Under the pieces are notes generated by a model that saw only the letters and a program-made list of their open reading frames with translations, did no database searches and was not told where the DNA came from. A stretch of 64,000 nucleotides of DNA. It comes from Chiloscyllium plagiosum. Its lineage: Eukaryota. This document shows, one piece after another, positions 1 to 13,050 of this stretch. The stretch lies in NCBI RefSeq assembly GCF_004010195.1, contig NC_057718.1, positions 41,375,803 through 41,439,802 of the forward strand, written 5' to 3'. The translations under genes were made by a program, and so were the position numbers. Each line of letters opens with the position of its first letter. Within the stretch, counting starts at the first letter, position 1.

Positions 1-168
1 CCTAACCTGCACATCTTTAGACTGTGGGAGGAAACCAGAGCACCCAGAGGAAACCCATGCAGACACAGGGAGAACATGCAAACTCCACACAGTCACCTGA
101 GGTTGGAATTGAACCCAGGTCCCTGGTGCTAAGAGGCAGCAGTGCTAACCACTGAACCACCATGCCAC
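1..168 (-). mobile_element. HE1-type tRNA-derived SINE, 5' half (runs off window edge)
   Basis: Reverse complement reads GTGGCATGGTGGTTCAGTGGTTAGCACTGCTGCCTC...GGGTTCAATTCC (A/B boxes) then TGTGTGGAGTTTGCATGTTCTCCC, the same body as the copy at 1308. Confidence 0.9.
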
Positions 169-1307
169 TCCTTCTATCCATTAATATTTTCATAACATTT
201 GTGTATCTGGGGAGTCTAGGGAAATGGAAGGATAGGAGTTCAGAACAGCTTTTTTATTCAATTGAAGATTGAAGTACCTATTATGTGATATTCGATAATA
301 AAGCAATTTCATTTTTAGAGGGAATGGGAGAACCAAAGCGACAAATTTGCTTGAAGATGGGTGTCTGGTAACTTAATTTATGCTGTGAAATGTCATCCAA
401 CAAGCAGTCTAATTTGGAAAATATGGTGATATAGTTCGAGTAGACCAATAATCACTTTGAAATCAATTATCAAAAAAACTGCAGAAGCCTTTCTTGTGTT
501 TACAGTAAAGGAATGGCCACATTCAGAGCTAGTGTTTTTCACAAAGGATGGGGAATGTTGCATTTTAGCATTTAACAGTTCTGTCCTTCAAACAAGTAAA
601 ATATTTAGTAATAATTTAGGATTAGAATTTTGCCCAAAAGCCAAAATACTCAGATTTTAACGAGGTTGACCAATTGTTTACAGATGGACATTGAGGATTA
701 GAAAGTGCAGAGAGTAAGCAGTCAGCGGTTTGAAATTGGATCAGTGCGAGAAAAGAATTTCTCTCAGAGAAGGAAATGGCAAGGGAAAGAGGAAGTGAGG
801 AAAAAAGCAAGGAGGGAAAGCAGGAGATTTCAGAAAAAACAAAAGGAACAGGCGTTTGGACTAAGACAGCCACATCATGAATGAAGATAACTTGAGCTGA
901 GCGGCAGGAATGCCATTGTATCACCTGAAAATACCATTGTCTCAGGCTTAAGGATGGATATAATTCATGTTTTAAAATGTAATTCCCAAGTAACTAGAGG
1001 CCGAAGTGGAGGCTTTCTTTATCTCTTTTGAGCAAATGGTACAACAAGTAGAGTGGCTGGTCAACATTGGCCCTTATTCTCGCAGAGTAGGCTTTCAGGG
1101 AAAGCTCGCCATGTTTGCTCTGCCTTGCCTGAGGAAAGTGCCTTTGATTTTGAGGCAGTAAAAAGGGGTGTCTTAGGTGCATGCCAGTTAATGCTGTGGG
1201 CAGGTCATCAGAGGTTTTGCTCCCCCTCCCAGAAAACGTACTTGGATTTTGAAAGTCCAAGCAGCTTTTGATCAGTGAGTATGAGCACTTCAGGCAGAAG
1301 CCTGAAG

Positions 1308-1636
1308 TGGGTGGCACGGTGGCACAGTGGTTAGCACTGTTGCCTCACAGCGCCAGAGACCCGGGCTCAGTTCCCGATTCAGGCGACTGACTGTGTGGAG
1401 TTTGCACGTTCTCCCCGTGTCTGCTTGGGTTTCCTCCGGGTGCTCCGGTTTCCTCCCACAGTCCAAAAATGTGCAGATCAGGTGAATTGGCCATGCTAAA
1501 TTGCCCCTAGTGTTAGGTGCAGGGCTAAATGTAGGGGAATAGGTCTGGGTTGGTTGCACTTCGGCGGGTTGGTGTGGACTTGTTGGGCCGAAGGGCCTGT
1601 TTCCACACTGTAAGTAATCTAATCTAATCTAAAAAA
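1308..1636 (+). mobile_element. Full-length HE1-type SINE
   Basis: GGTGGCACGGTGGCACAGTGGTTAGCAC head, V-domain body, CR1-like tail GGGCCGAAGGGCCTGTTTCCACACTGTAAG followed by (TAATC)n. Confidence 0.95.
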
Positions 1637-2410
1637 CCTCTGTGAAGTAAGTCCCCCAGTGAGGTTAACCATTCTGTCCCCTTCCTAATAACAAAACATC
1701 AAAAGGAGCAGAGAGTGACTGGGAGCAGGCAGGCTGCTACATTTAGCAAATGATTATGAACAGATCGACAATCCCCTGTTCCAGCAGAAACACTCCTGTA
1801 GTCACAACCAACAAGGAAAGAGGAGGGGCCAGTGATTGAAAATTGGGCACCCAAGGGAGAGAGAGAAACACTGGGAGTTCTTCTCAGGACACAAAGATGC
1901 TGAGATGAAAAGTACGGCCAAGAAGCTTGTGGGGTTTGTCTGGGCCAACAGCTGAAGATTATAGGAAAACCCATGGGATTTAATCAGCACATGATCCCCA
2001 TGCAGAGAATAGGAGTCAGCACAATAGACTGTGTGTCTGACTGCGAGTCCCTGTAAATCCCTGTAAAGTTTCTGAAAGAGTGGATGTGGTTAAACAAAAC
2101 TTGGAGAGTTACCAGGATTTTAGATCCAAAGGAAGGGTGAGCAGATTTCCCCAGGGTGAGGTGAGCAAGCCTATAGTCATACTGAGGGATACTGGGGCCA
2201 GCCAAACCCCACTGCTGGGAAAAGACATGATCTTCCCAACAGAGACTGCAGCAAGTGCCAAGGTGCTAGTGGAAGGGATTAAAGGAGGCTACATACCCCT
2301 TTTCTTTTAATGGCTGCCTTGTAGTGAACTCAGCGACTATGAGAGTAATCACCACTCTTCATGTGGACAGGGCTGACCTGCTACTTTGTAAAGACCTGTT
2401 GTTGAAAGGT

Positions 2411-2630
2411 CAGAGAAAGTGAGGACTGCAAAGGCTGAAGATCAGAATCGAGAGTGTTGTGCTGGAAAAGCACAACAAGTCAGGCAGCATCCGAGGAGTA
2501 GGAGAATCGATGTTTCGGGCATGAGTCCTTCATCAGGATTCCTCATGAAGGACTTATGCCTGAAGCGTCAATTCTCCTGCTCCTCGGATACTGCCTGACC
2601 TGGTGTGCTTTTCCAGCACCACACAATCAT
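2411..2630. mobile_element. Penelope-derived fold-back insert (family A)
   Basis: Two inverted arms of GTGCTGGAAAAGCAC...TCAGGCAGCATCCGAGGAG; flanking duplication CTGTTGTT(G/C)AAAGGT at 2396-2410 and 2631-2645. Confidence 0.8.
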
Positions 2631-4759
2631 CTGTTGTTCAAAGGTTGTTGTCTTAGTGACCTCTAAGAAGCCTGCTAAGGTCAGAAATACCAAACAGCTC
2701 TGCCAAGGGAAGCTGAGAAGGAACTGCAAACAGAGGAGCCTTCAGTCTGATTACCTGAAACCCTTCTTTGGAATTCGGGAGATTTTGCTATCAGAATGTG
2801 AGGAAAAGAAAAGATTGCTCAGCTCAAACTGTCTCACATTGCGTCATTTTATTGAAAGATGATGAAAGCCTGGAAATGATTGGGTATTACTGTACAAATG
2901 CTTAACATGATCACAAAGCATCCATTTTTTTGTTATCCTGTTAGAGATATGAATATAATTTAGGATAAGTGAGTTGAAGCAGGGGACAAATAAATGCTGT
3001 AAGAGTTATCTGGAATACACTGCAGGAAGAGTGTGGTGGAAGCATATTAAATAGTAAGGCCCGAAGAGAATTCGATATACACTAGAATAGGAAAAGCATG
3101 TTGGGTAACAAGCAAAGAATGGAAAAGTAGAAATAATTGTATGGTTCTTTCAAAGAACCAACACAATCATGAATGGTCCAAAAAGCTCCTCTGTGCTGTG
3201 TGATTCTCTGACACGATGAATGTATTCAATAGGTAATTTTGCAAGGCACTGTTTCCATCACAGAACCCTTCAAACAATGGTCACGGGTCAGGGAATTGAA
3301 ACCCCATATTCATTTCTTGTGAATCTACATCATTAGAAACTGGGCTTGTAAGATCACACACTGTATTCAAACTCTACTACCATATATAGTAACTTTCCTC
3401 ACATGATGGTAAACCAGACTAGATGCTCAATTGGGATTAATTGTCAAGCTCAATCAGAAATGTATGAATCTATCTGACTTTAACATAAGATGTGACAGCC
3501 TTTGTTGCTAACCTAAGATCAGTAGTGAGACATTGCACTCTGATATCAATTGGGTCATTTGTTTGTTTTTAACATGGCAGCTCATTCCTAATAAAGATAA
3601 ATACTGAATTTCACAAGTGAAATGCTTGGAGCAGCCTAATGAAGTATAAACAATGTTTTGCGATTCAGATTGGTCAACTTACACACGTACAGACACATAA
3701 TTTCTAATATATTATGAGATGTAAAGGTGACAGAATTTCACCCAGACATGAACAAGATCACGTTAGAATATCTGTGTTCAAAACCGACTCGAACGTTAAT
3801 TGTAGACACAGCAGATAATAAACACAAGCCATTAGAGGCAGCTATACAGCAGTAGCTGTCTCATTTCAGACTGCTCATGTTTTTATAACAGGAGAAGTTT
3901 TTATCATGTAGTAATATATGCTCTTTTGACCATCCAAATCATGTGATTATAATATTCAATTGACTATGTGCAATAATGTAAGGATACCCCCAAGTATTTG
4001 CAAAGAATTAATCTGAAAAAGCTCCGACCTAGAGTTCTCTAATTACCCCTCCAGTTTTCAGGCAAGGTACATGTCACCTTCACCCACACTCCGCTGTGTT
4101 GGGGAAAGGGGGCAGCACAGAGTTAAGGAATTGTGCTTTAATTCCTGTTTCTTGCTAGCCACGTAGCTTGTTTCATTTGATTCAAAAACTACATTTGAAA
4201 GAAGAACTACACTTGAAGCTACCAGTTGAATAGGATTAATTTTTACCCCCAAATAACCAAGCACCCTGTAAAATCTTTGCAGTGACCTTCAAACGTTGAT
4301 TATTGAACAAAAAACAAAGCATTTGAACAACACTTGAGATGAATTCAAAAGTATGAGACATGTTTGTAAGTTCAGTGGAATTAGTGAAACCTCAAGACAA
4401 CAGGTGGAATTCTATAAAGGTCTGAGTGATATGGACTATCGTGAGGTGCATGGTGGAACTGGGCGACAAGTGCAGTGAGATCCATCTTGATGTCAAGACC
4501 AGCTGGCTCATTTTATTTGCTTTTCACAAGAGGCGTCACCAAATTCTCACTAAGTAATGGTGAGGTGCCCAATTGATGATCATTACTGACTGTTAAGTGC
4601 CTTGTAAACACCGCAACTTACGTGATTAATATTCAAACTCCCATCTTACCAAACTCGCCAAACAAGCATTGGGGATATTTGGCAAGCAAGCCGAGCTCTA
4701 ACCTGGCAGATTCAGCTCGCCGCTCACTTCAGACAACCCCCAGCTTGGAAATTGAGTTC

Positions 4760-5104
4760 TAGATGTGGGTTTGCTCACTGAGCTGTAAGCTTCGTTTTCA
4801 GACATTTCATCACCATACTAGGTAACATCTTCTGGGAGCCTCCGAATGAGCACTGGTGGGGTAGCCTGCTTTCTATTTATGTGTTTGAGTCTCCTTGAGT
4901 TGGTCACCACAGAAAATGACATCACCAACCCAAGGAAACTCAAACATAAAAATAGAAAGTGGGCTACCCCACCAGTGCTCATTCGGAGGCTCCCTGAAGA
5001 TGTTACCTAGTAGGGTGACGAAATATTTGAAAATGAACCTTCCAGCTCAGAGAGCAAACCTCATCCAGAACCTCAACCTGAGCTACAAATCTTCTCAAAA
5101 CTCA
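4760..5104. mobile_element. Penelope-derived fold-back insert (family C)
   Basis: ~4760-4908 is the inverted copy of ~4920-5075; flanking duplication TTGG(A/G)AATTGAGTTC at 4745-4759 and 5105-5119; hammerhead-like core in each arm. Confidence 0.75.
4991..5030 (+). ncRNA. Degenerate minimal hammerhead ribozyme motif (family C)
   Basis: CTGAAGA(4994-5000)-T-GTTACC/TAGTAG/GGTGAC stem II-GAAA(5020-5023)-TATT; the opposite arm reads ...GGTGATGAAATGTCTGA on the minus strand, so the ancestral state was probably GAAACGTC. Confidence 0.55.
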
Positions 5105-5279
5105 TTGGGAATTGAGTTCCAACATCTCAGACCATGCTCCATGGACATTGGTCACACACACACACCACATCCACAGACATTAGCATCTGACAGTTAGTAA
5201 GATCCCTCAGGCACATCTCCAATTCACTTCAGTGCTGCACTATAGCCTGCGTAAGCAACTATCATTGGAAAACTGCAGC

Positions 5280-5817
5280 AAGGATGGCAGCAGAGTAGGC
5301 AGTGTCATGGCTCCTAGGCCCAAAGCTCATCCACTCCGTCTGCTTTTCATATTTTTTATTCTTTTCTTTTTAGTTTTTACTTCTACTCACCTCCTGAGGA
5401 GAGCTCAGTCATGGTATTGGTGATGATGGCATTGATGAGGAACGCGGCTTCGTTTGGGTCCGGAACCTGGTGGCAGCTGGTAAGCCTAGAGCGCAACTCT
5501 GTCAACAGCATCTAGGAAGCAGCTGGCAGACCAAGCAAGCAAGGGGTCCAGCACTGGCTGCTACATTGGCGAAGGCAACATCCGCGAGGTACACCCAGCA
5601 GCGAAAAATGGCACCTGAAGAGCAACGACTTTGCTCTTGGTTGGATCCGATGCTGGTGCCGGCAGAAGGGTTATGGACTCTCTTTCAACTATATCTTTTT
5701 TTGCTATTGTTCTTGAACTTTTCAAAATGGCATCGGATCATGGAAACAGTGGAAGCTTTTCACTGTATTTTACCATATTTTTCACACGATTTCACAATAA
5801 AATTATTAATTCATTCA
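5280..5817 (+). mobile_element. Non-autonomous retroposon-like repeat, family unassigned
   Basis: Starts AAGGATGGCAGCAGAGTAGG, has a GC/CpG-richer body, and ends CACTGTATTTT...ACAATAAAATTATTAATTCATTCA (AATAAA plus TTCA-type tail). Confidence 0.45.
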
Positions 5818-5819
5818 CA

Positions 5820-6170
5820 GAGTCATAGAACTTTTACAACACAGAAAAAGGCTCTTCGGCCCATCTTGTCCATGCCAGTCATCAAGCATCCATCTGTTCT
5901 AATCCCATTTTCCAGCACAAGGCTTGTAGCCTTGTATGCTGTGGCATTTCAAGTGCACATCCAAATATTTCTGAGGGTATGTGCCTCTACAATTCTTTTA
6001 AGCAGTCACTTTCAGATACCCACACCATCAGGTGAAATGATTATTTCACAAATCCTTGTAAACCTCCTGCTCTTGTGTCTCTGGTGATTAACCCCTCTAA
6101 TAAGGAGAACAAGTTTATTGCTATCTTACCCCTTCTTAACTTAATTCCCCTCAATCAGGTCAGTATTCTC
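5820..6170 (-). mobile_element. CR1 LINE 3' fragment
   Basis: AGTCATAGAAC...ACAGAAAAAGGCTCTTCGGCCCATC is the reverse complement of a CR1 3' terminus. Confidence 0.75.
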
Positions 6171-6854
6171 ATCTGAAAGAACACTTTGCTCAGAGTCGCA
6201 CACCCAGTTCACAGACTGGACCAGGCTGCACTTCTGGGCTCTTTGCTTTGTTATCACTCACCCACTCACTCTGAGCCTCCCTGGATTCTCACAGCCTTGC
6301 ATTACCTACAAAATCTGCACTTTGCCTTTCCAGCTCGAGATACCAGGTTCACAGAACCGCTGAACTGCCTTACTGTTTAGTTCAGACACAAAGCCAGGAA
6401 GCTTGACATAGTTGTCAGCTGTCCTCAGTCTAGTCAAGAAGTTAACCTTCACTCAGTGCATCCTGGCACAGCATGCCAAGGGCAATCTCTAATATCAGTC
6501 TAGGGGCTTAAAAATAGAGCACTCAGGGTGGTCAGTGTCAGAATCCTCTACTTTGAAGGGCTGAGGAGGTGAATGTTGGGCAGCACACCACTCATTGATT
6601 CTTCTGTTTCCTGTTGTGGGCTGTTTGGCACCTGGAATGAGAGAGAAAAGCAGGTATGAAGAGTGACGGAAGTGGGTAGCATAGCTGGTGCAGATGGTGA
6701 GGTGTCCTGAGTGAATGAATGGGCAGAACAGTGTTGTCAGGGATTAAGGTGGGTAAGGGTGAGTGGGGAAGATTTTGCAGCAATAGAGCAAGTGGTAGAG
6801 CACGGTGGGAGGAGCAGAGATATAGTGAGTGTGAGGTACTGGAGAGAAGGTGGT

Positions 6855-7085
6855 GGTGCTTGCCCTGGCGAAATGGAGTAGGACATTGACTATCTTCTGA
6901 AAGTGCTCGGGCATTCCTCCAGATGCCTGCAACTGCTTGAACCCAAATGGCAACCAGGCTGGTATGATCTGGTGTTGTGGCCTCCATTGCTGGTCCTGGT
7001 GGCTGAAGACATTCTGAGTTGGCACGTCTCCATCCAGCAGGACCTACAAGACCCCACCTTCAAAGCTGGGTGCTGATTCCCCACT
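6855..7085 (-). pseudogene. Decayed Myb/SANT-like ORF of a PIF/Harbinger transposon
   Basis: Minus strand reads ESAPSFEGGVL*VLLDG...QQWRPQHQIIPAW...KIVNVLLHFAR, resembling the APRF..LE.LL...AW......KK.NDL motif of Harbinger Myb/SANT proteins; contains a stop and probably frameshifts. Confidence 0.55.
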
Positions 7086-7284
7086 GTATGCCTACGTTGG
7101 GACACATGTCAGGAATTGTGCGGGGCAACTCCGGGCTGACAGTGCCTGTCTGGGTACACAACAAGATGGCATGGCAGCAAGGATGTTGATGTCAACTGGG
7201 ATATCCACTGAAGGTACATGTTAAAATGGGCTGGAAACCAGATGTGAGAGATGCCTTGGGTGTGGTAGGTCAACAGTGAGGCTG

Positions 7285-9200
7285 AAGAGCGTGGTGCTGG
7301 AAAAACACAGCCAGTCAGGCAGCATCCAAGGAGCAGGAGAGTCAATGTTTCAAGCATAAACTCTTTATCAGGAATGAGGCAGTGGCCAAAGAGGGCTGAG
7401 AGATAAATGGGAGGAGGAGGGGGCTGGGGGTAAGGTAGCTGGGAATGCGATAGGTAGATGAAGATAGGTGTGAAGGTGATAGGTCGGAAAGGAGGGTGGA
7501 GCCAATAGGTGGGAAGGAAGATGGACAGGTAGGACAGTTCAAGAGGCTGGTGCCAAGTTGGAAGGTTGGATCTGGTATCGCAAAGCTGTTCCTTTCATCA
7601 AGGATACTGTGTCCTTGGCTTTTGTCAGAGGGATCGTAAAGCAGCTCTCGGCTCTGCAGTGGCTAGTTTGGTACAGAGCTGAAAAAGGATTTTGAGAGGC
7701 CTTGTGTTTATATGTAAATAGTTGAGATTTCAGGCCAAAATGGTCATGTTTTAGAGGTGACCTGGATAACAAAAGGAGAGAGGTCAGTTTTGAAAGCTAA
7801 AGTTAAGTCTGAGACAGTACAGCTGTGGGCTGTGTGGAAACAGGCTGCTAAACTCTCTTTCCTTCTGCCCTTCTAACTTCAACCTGTAAGCCTTTGTTTC
7901 AGTTTTACTCTATGTTGAAGGAGTTTATGTATTGGGACTGTTGCGTACATTTGGAACAGCATAATTCAGTCTAGTTTAGATACATTGAGTTCTGTCAGGG
8001 TTCTTTATTCTGTTCTTTGTGTTTCATTCTGTAATTTTGTGAATAAATTTCTGTCTGTTTTAAAACCTGGTAGTCAACCTAGCTAACTTACTCCGGGTAA
8101 TTCTCACTGTACACTTACCAAAACAAATTGCAAAGTTATGGTCTGAGCCAGAAAACTGGTGAAATCCATATTGATCCTGTATGGTTAGAGGGTCCCAGGA
8201 TGAAAGCTGAGGTGTTCTTTGGGTGGCTAGAGTTTGGCAGTGAAGGAGGCCCAGGTCTTGCATGTCTTGCATGTCCCAGAGTGGAAGGGATAGTTAAAGT
8301 GTTCAGCCACAGGACGGTGGGGTTGTTTAGTGCATGTCCCAGAGATGTTCTCTGAAATGTTCCACAAATTAGTGTCCTGTCTCTCCAATGTGGAGGAGAC
8401 CACATCGAGAGCAATGGACACAGTAGATGACATGTGTGGAAGTACAGGTAATTCTCTGTCGGATGTGGAAGGATCCTTTGGGGCCTGTATGAAGGTGAGG
8501 TGGGAGATGTGGGTGCAGGTTTTGCACTTTTTCTGGTGGCAGGGGAAGGTGTCGGGAGTGGAGAGTGTGTTGTTGGGGGGCATGGACCTAACAAGGGAGT
8601 CGTGGAGGGAATGGTCACTCTGGAATGCAGATTGGAGTCGGGAGGGAAATATATCCCTGGTGGTGGGGTCTGTAGATGATGGAAATGGCAGAGGATGATG
8701 CAATGTATCCGGAGGATGGTGGATTAGAAGGGAAGGACCTGGGTGTTCTCTCCTTGTTATGATCTCCAACCACATGGGATCGATGTGGATTTCACCAGTT
8801 TCCTAATTTCCCATCCCCCCACCTTATCCCAGGTTTTATCCCCACCTTATCCAACCCCACCTTATCCCCACCTTATCCAACCTTCCAATTTGGCACCACT
8901 CTCTTGAACTGTCCTACCTGTCCATCTTCCTTCCCACCTATCTGCTCCACCCTCCTCTCTGACCTATCACCTTCACCCCTACTTTCGTCTACCCAATCGC
9001 ATTCCCAGTTACTTTATCCCCAGCACCACCCCCTCCCACTTATCTCTCAGCCCCTTTGAGCCACCTCCTCATTTCTGATGATGAGCTCATGCTCAAAACG
9101 TCGATTCTCCTGCTCCTCGGATGCTGCCTGACCGGTTGTGCTTTTCCAGCATCACACTCTTTGACTCTGATCTCCAGCATCTGCAGTCCTCACTTTCTCC
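7285..9200 (-). mobile_element. 5'-truncated Penelope-like retroelement with GIY-YIG endonuclease and inverted terminal repeat
   Basis: Minus strand ~8340-8700 reads IFPS...AFQSDHSLHDSLV...FPCHQKKCKTC and TCTSTHVIYCVHCSRCGLLHIGETGH*FVEHFREHL. 8765-9200 is an inverted copy of the 3' end. Duplication AACAGTGAGGCTG at 7272-7284 and 9201-9213. Confidence 0.9.
7575..8150 (+). mobile_element. Truncated LTR nested in the Penelope element
   Basis: Shares ordered blocks with the solo LTR at 19676-20265 (ATTTGGAACAGCAT, ATTCTGTTCT, AATAAATT, TGTACAC, GGTCTG). Confidence 0.6.
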
Positions 9201-11446
9201 AACAGTGAGGCTGGTTTGGTAAGGTAGAGCGAGCAAACCCATGAGGCCGCAAGGCAACAAACCCTCGAGAAACTCGACACAACTCAGACTTAGCCAAAAA
9301 AAAGTCCAAGGTCATTGACACAAGGAGAGGGCTTACTCAGCCATTGACAATATATTAATTCACCAGGTCAACTTCAAAGATTTTAACTGGAGCTAAACCT
9401 GGTTCTAATAAGCAACCATCTGCCCTTACAAACCAATTTAGCTGAGTCAACTAAAACATTGCTTAACTACACCACTGTTTATATAGTGGACGTTTGCTTA
9501 GAATTGTATAGCTACTAATTGAAGTTTGACTTGAGCCTGAGGAAATGGTATATGCTATTTTATTGGAAGTAAATTTTCTGCACGTGCACTGATTCTGTCT
9601 ACAGCATTAGTATGAAGTCTGCAATTGAAAGATATTAACCAGAGAAGTGAGACTTTGAGTCACAGGACTGTGCGCTAACTTCCTTCAAAGAATTGATAAA
9701 GGATCAGTTTCAAGGAATTTTGTCAAAGGCTTCCCTTTATGGAGTCTTGTGAGTTATCTCATTGCAACTGCTCACTTTATTACATATGCACCATTCCCCT
9801 ATGGCACTGTTATTACACTATCAGGGTAGTCAACAGCGACATACTTGCCACGTTCTGGACCTTCCACAATTATTATCACTCGTGTCATATTTAAAGCCCT
9901 CAATGTAGTTGGATTCATTGATCATGTTTCAAATGAATCTGTATGGGAATATCAGAAACAGAACATGTCCTTTGTAATGTAAGCAGTCAGTATCCACATC
10001 ACATATACAAGTTATAGTTTAGTATAGTCCTCCACACAATGGGACATGGATGAAGCAGACAAGGAAGCCATGAATGCCTTCACATGGATCTTTGACAGAA
10101 TGTGTCTTATTCCAATGTATGCAGCAGAAGCCATGTTCTGCGCAAATACGGAAAGAGATTGGAAATTCTTTAGGATAACTGAAAGCTGGACAGGAGCTGT
10201 AGGGCTGACTGTGAGCCACTCTCCAGGCCACAGTGATATGAAATCACTGGCCTGACTGCCCTAAGCAGCCAACTAACTGCGTCCAAGTCCCTGAACTGTG
10301 ATCAGTGGCTACCCCTGACTGACTCTGATGGGATCCCTGATTAAGGATAGTTTCCCTGACGTGGCCAAAGACTATACCCCCAGTAGAGTTTGAGACATAG
10401 CCATTTGGTTGAAGGGCAGGCAGTATGTTTTCTGTTCATTGCAGGCATTCTGCAGGTATGATAGTGATTAGCACAGTGCTGTTCTGTAAAACGTTCACTC
10501 CTTTGACTACTTACTGCTGACAATCATAGCCGACTGCCTACACAGCAAGGCAAGATAGAAGTACAGTGGGCATTTAGGTCCTGAATGACAAAGCAAAGTG
10601 CACAAAAACAAATCGCAGAAAGCCAATGCAGAAATGGTGTGAGGACCCAAGTAGGTGCGAGGTGAGTGAGCACTGAGAGAGCAAGCAAGAAACCTTGAGA
10701 TATATTTGAGATGAATGATGAGGGTCCACTGTCCGTGAATAAAAAATGCCCTGGCATCAGTCTTACAATGTTCTAATGTGCAGCATTGAATTAAAGAGGT
10801 GAATTCTAAGTGAATCGGAGATGTGCCACAATGATTTGATGAGGCTGATGCATGTCTGAAGGCAGCCTCTGTGGACTAGGTGGGGCGGAGGTGTTCACAG
10901 TCACTGCCTATGGAATGTTCCTTGAGATGTTGGGCACTACAGTTCAAGATGGAGAAGCAAGCAGTGAGCTGGAGTGGCCAGGTACCACTTTGATTTTCAT
11001 GTTAGGAATGGTCACTATCTACTTTCTCTCCACTATACTTTATCACCACTATCCAGTAGCAGACAATATATCAATGAGGTGAGATTACATTGCTAATCAG
11101 ATGTGAATGCATACCAATAAACATCTAGCCACTCACCAGCGAGATTCTCACAGTTCAAAGCTTGGATGGAAAACTTAGCCTTCTTTTCTTTACATTGAGA
11201 ATCTCATTTCCCAATCTCGCCACATCTTCCTAATTGACTTGTCATTGCACATAAATGTTTGGGACAGCGATAATTCAGCCCTGTTTTATTCAAACCCAGA
11301 GGGCTCGACTGACGGTACATTATTAGTTGAAGCATGACCACTGGATGGAGCAACATGTTTCAACCAAACTTCCGATGGGGGGAAGGGGCGGTTAATTTTT
11401 AGCCCTCCCTTCTTGAACTACAACTCGTGTTGGTAAGAATGAAACA

Positions 11447-12043
11447 CGAGTCAAAAAGTATGGCGTTGGAAAAGGGCAACAGGTCAAGCAGCATCCGAGG
11501 AGCAGGTGAGTCGACATTTTGTGCATAAGCCCTTCATCAGGAATGTGGAGGGGGAAGCGGGCTGAAAAATAAATAAGGGGTGGGGGTGGGAGTGAGGCCG
11601 GGGGAAGGCAGCTAGAAAGGCGATAGGTAGATGCAGGTGGGGAGTAATTGTAATAGGTCAGTGGGGAGTATAGAACAGATAGGTGAGAAGGAAGATGGAT
11701 AGGTAGGACAGGTCAACAGGGTAGTACCGATTTGGAGGGTTGTATCTAGGATGAGGTGCGAGGAGGGGAGATTTGGAAACTGGTGAAATTAGTGAAGTCA
11801 AAGTTGATGCCATGTGGCTGAAGTGTCCCAAGGTGGAAGATGAGGCTTTCTTCCTCCAGTTGGCAGGTCGCTTTGATTTGGTGGTCGAGGAGGCCCAGGA
11901 CTTGCATGTCCTTGGAAGAGTTGGAGGTGAGTTGAAATGGTCGGCCACAGGGTGGCGGGATTGTTTGGTGCATGTGTTGCCGAGTTGGCAACCACACAGC
12001 ATAAACATCAATTTCACTAGTTTCCAAATCTCCCCTCCCCACA
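11447..12043 (-). mobile_element. Penelope-like element 3' fragment with short terminal inversion
   Basis: Same family as 7285-8340; minus-strand PVADHFNSP and LEEESLIFHLGTLQPHGINFDF (end of GIY-YIG domain); ~11990-12043 is an inverted copy of ~11763-11820. Confidence 0.85.
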
Positions 12044-12914
12044 CTTGTAGAAAAGAAAGAAATTTAGAAAGAAGGAAGATAATATTTTGAAAAAAACTTT
12101 CTCAAAGGCCTGGACTGTCATCCTCAAGGCGAGTAATGGGATTAGGATAAACAGCCTAATTCAGTTCAAAGACACTTCCTTATGTAAAAGGCCTAGCTCA
12201 GTACAGGCTGTGGGAAATTCACTTCCATTTAAATGAAAACAGTAAGGCCTTCAAAGCAACTCCCGTCACAGCCCTGACCCTCCACACACTATGTATGATC
12301 CATCCATGCCTCCAAACCTGACTGTCCACCCATTAGCCCCTCCCCCATTACCTCTTATTACCATAAAACAAGGCTCTGGCTCTTCCATTTACCCACTATT
12401 GATTGTGTAAAAGCAATGAAGTCTAAAGTGACAATAATGTATGAGTAACAAGAGGCTTCAACAAACAGTTATACATTTATTTATTTCCACAAGCCAAATA
12501 AAAGTGCCGTAGAGCCAGCCCCTTCAAAGTGCCAACAGTAGAAACAACACACACTTGAAAACCTCTTAGTCTTGTATAAATAGAGCACAATAGTTCAATT
12601 GTAATCAGAGAGATAGAACTGTCAATGAAGCAATAGTGTCCCAGGCCTCATGTACAGTTTTGGCTGAGATCTTGAAATCTATTACCCTGTTGAAACATCT
12701 GAACTCCAGTGATAAGGCTGATTAATTGACAGCTCTTGGTCTCCAAGCTCTTCTGTTAAATGCACAATTTTAGCAATGGATACTTGAAATTGACTGGATT
12801 ATTGATGCTTTTATTGGAGTGTAGTTATTGGAAAGTAATGAATGAATAACCATTCCTAAAGCTTTTTTATGCATCCTAATGTCACCATCAATTTCATTGC
12901 TGCTCTACAATGGT

Positions 12915-13050
12915 GTTCAGGTTCCAGTGTTGGATTGGGTAAACAAAGTCAGACGTCACATGCGACACAAAGGTTATAGTCCAAAGGGTTTATTTGAAAT
13001 CACAAACTTTCGAAGCACTGCTTCTTCATCAAGTGACTACTGACTTTGTC
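12915..13050 (-). mobile_element. Penelope-type terminal fragment (family B), diverged
   Basis: CCAGTGTTGGATTGGG...AGGTTATAGTCCAA...TTTATTTGAAATCAC...TTTCGAAGCACTGCTTCTTCATCA matches the copies at 14775 and 37885. Confidence 0.6.

Larger units (their letters stand above)
570..2790 (+). mobile_element. Degenerate Gypsy (Gmr1-like) LTR-retrotransposon internal region: gag + aspartic protease, interrupted by a SINE and a Penelope fold-back
   Basis: 1053-1271 WPLFSQSRLSGKARHVCSALPEESAFDFEAVKRGVL resembles Gmr1-type Gag. 2080-2310 has PIVILRDTGASQ (DTG protease site), and 2340-2398 VITTLHVDRADLLLCKDL resembles the protease end. Many stops and frameshifts; boundaries approximate. Confidence 0.7.

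Noticed and set aside
1308..1385. tRNA gene
   Set aside because: The A/B boxes belong to a SINE head and continue into the HE1 body; the same applies to the other copies
5470..6087. Longest ORF (205 aa)
   Set aside because: Runs across two unrelated repeats, including an antisense CR1 tail; no recognisable domain
8812..8882. CCCCACCTTATCC repeated four times, CRISPR-like look
   Set aside because: Local slippage inside a Penelope arm; no unique spacers; eukaryotic context
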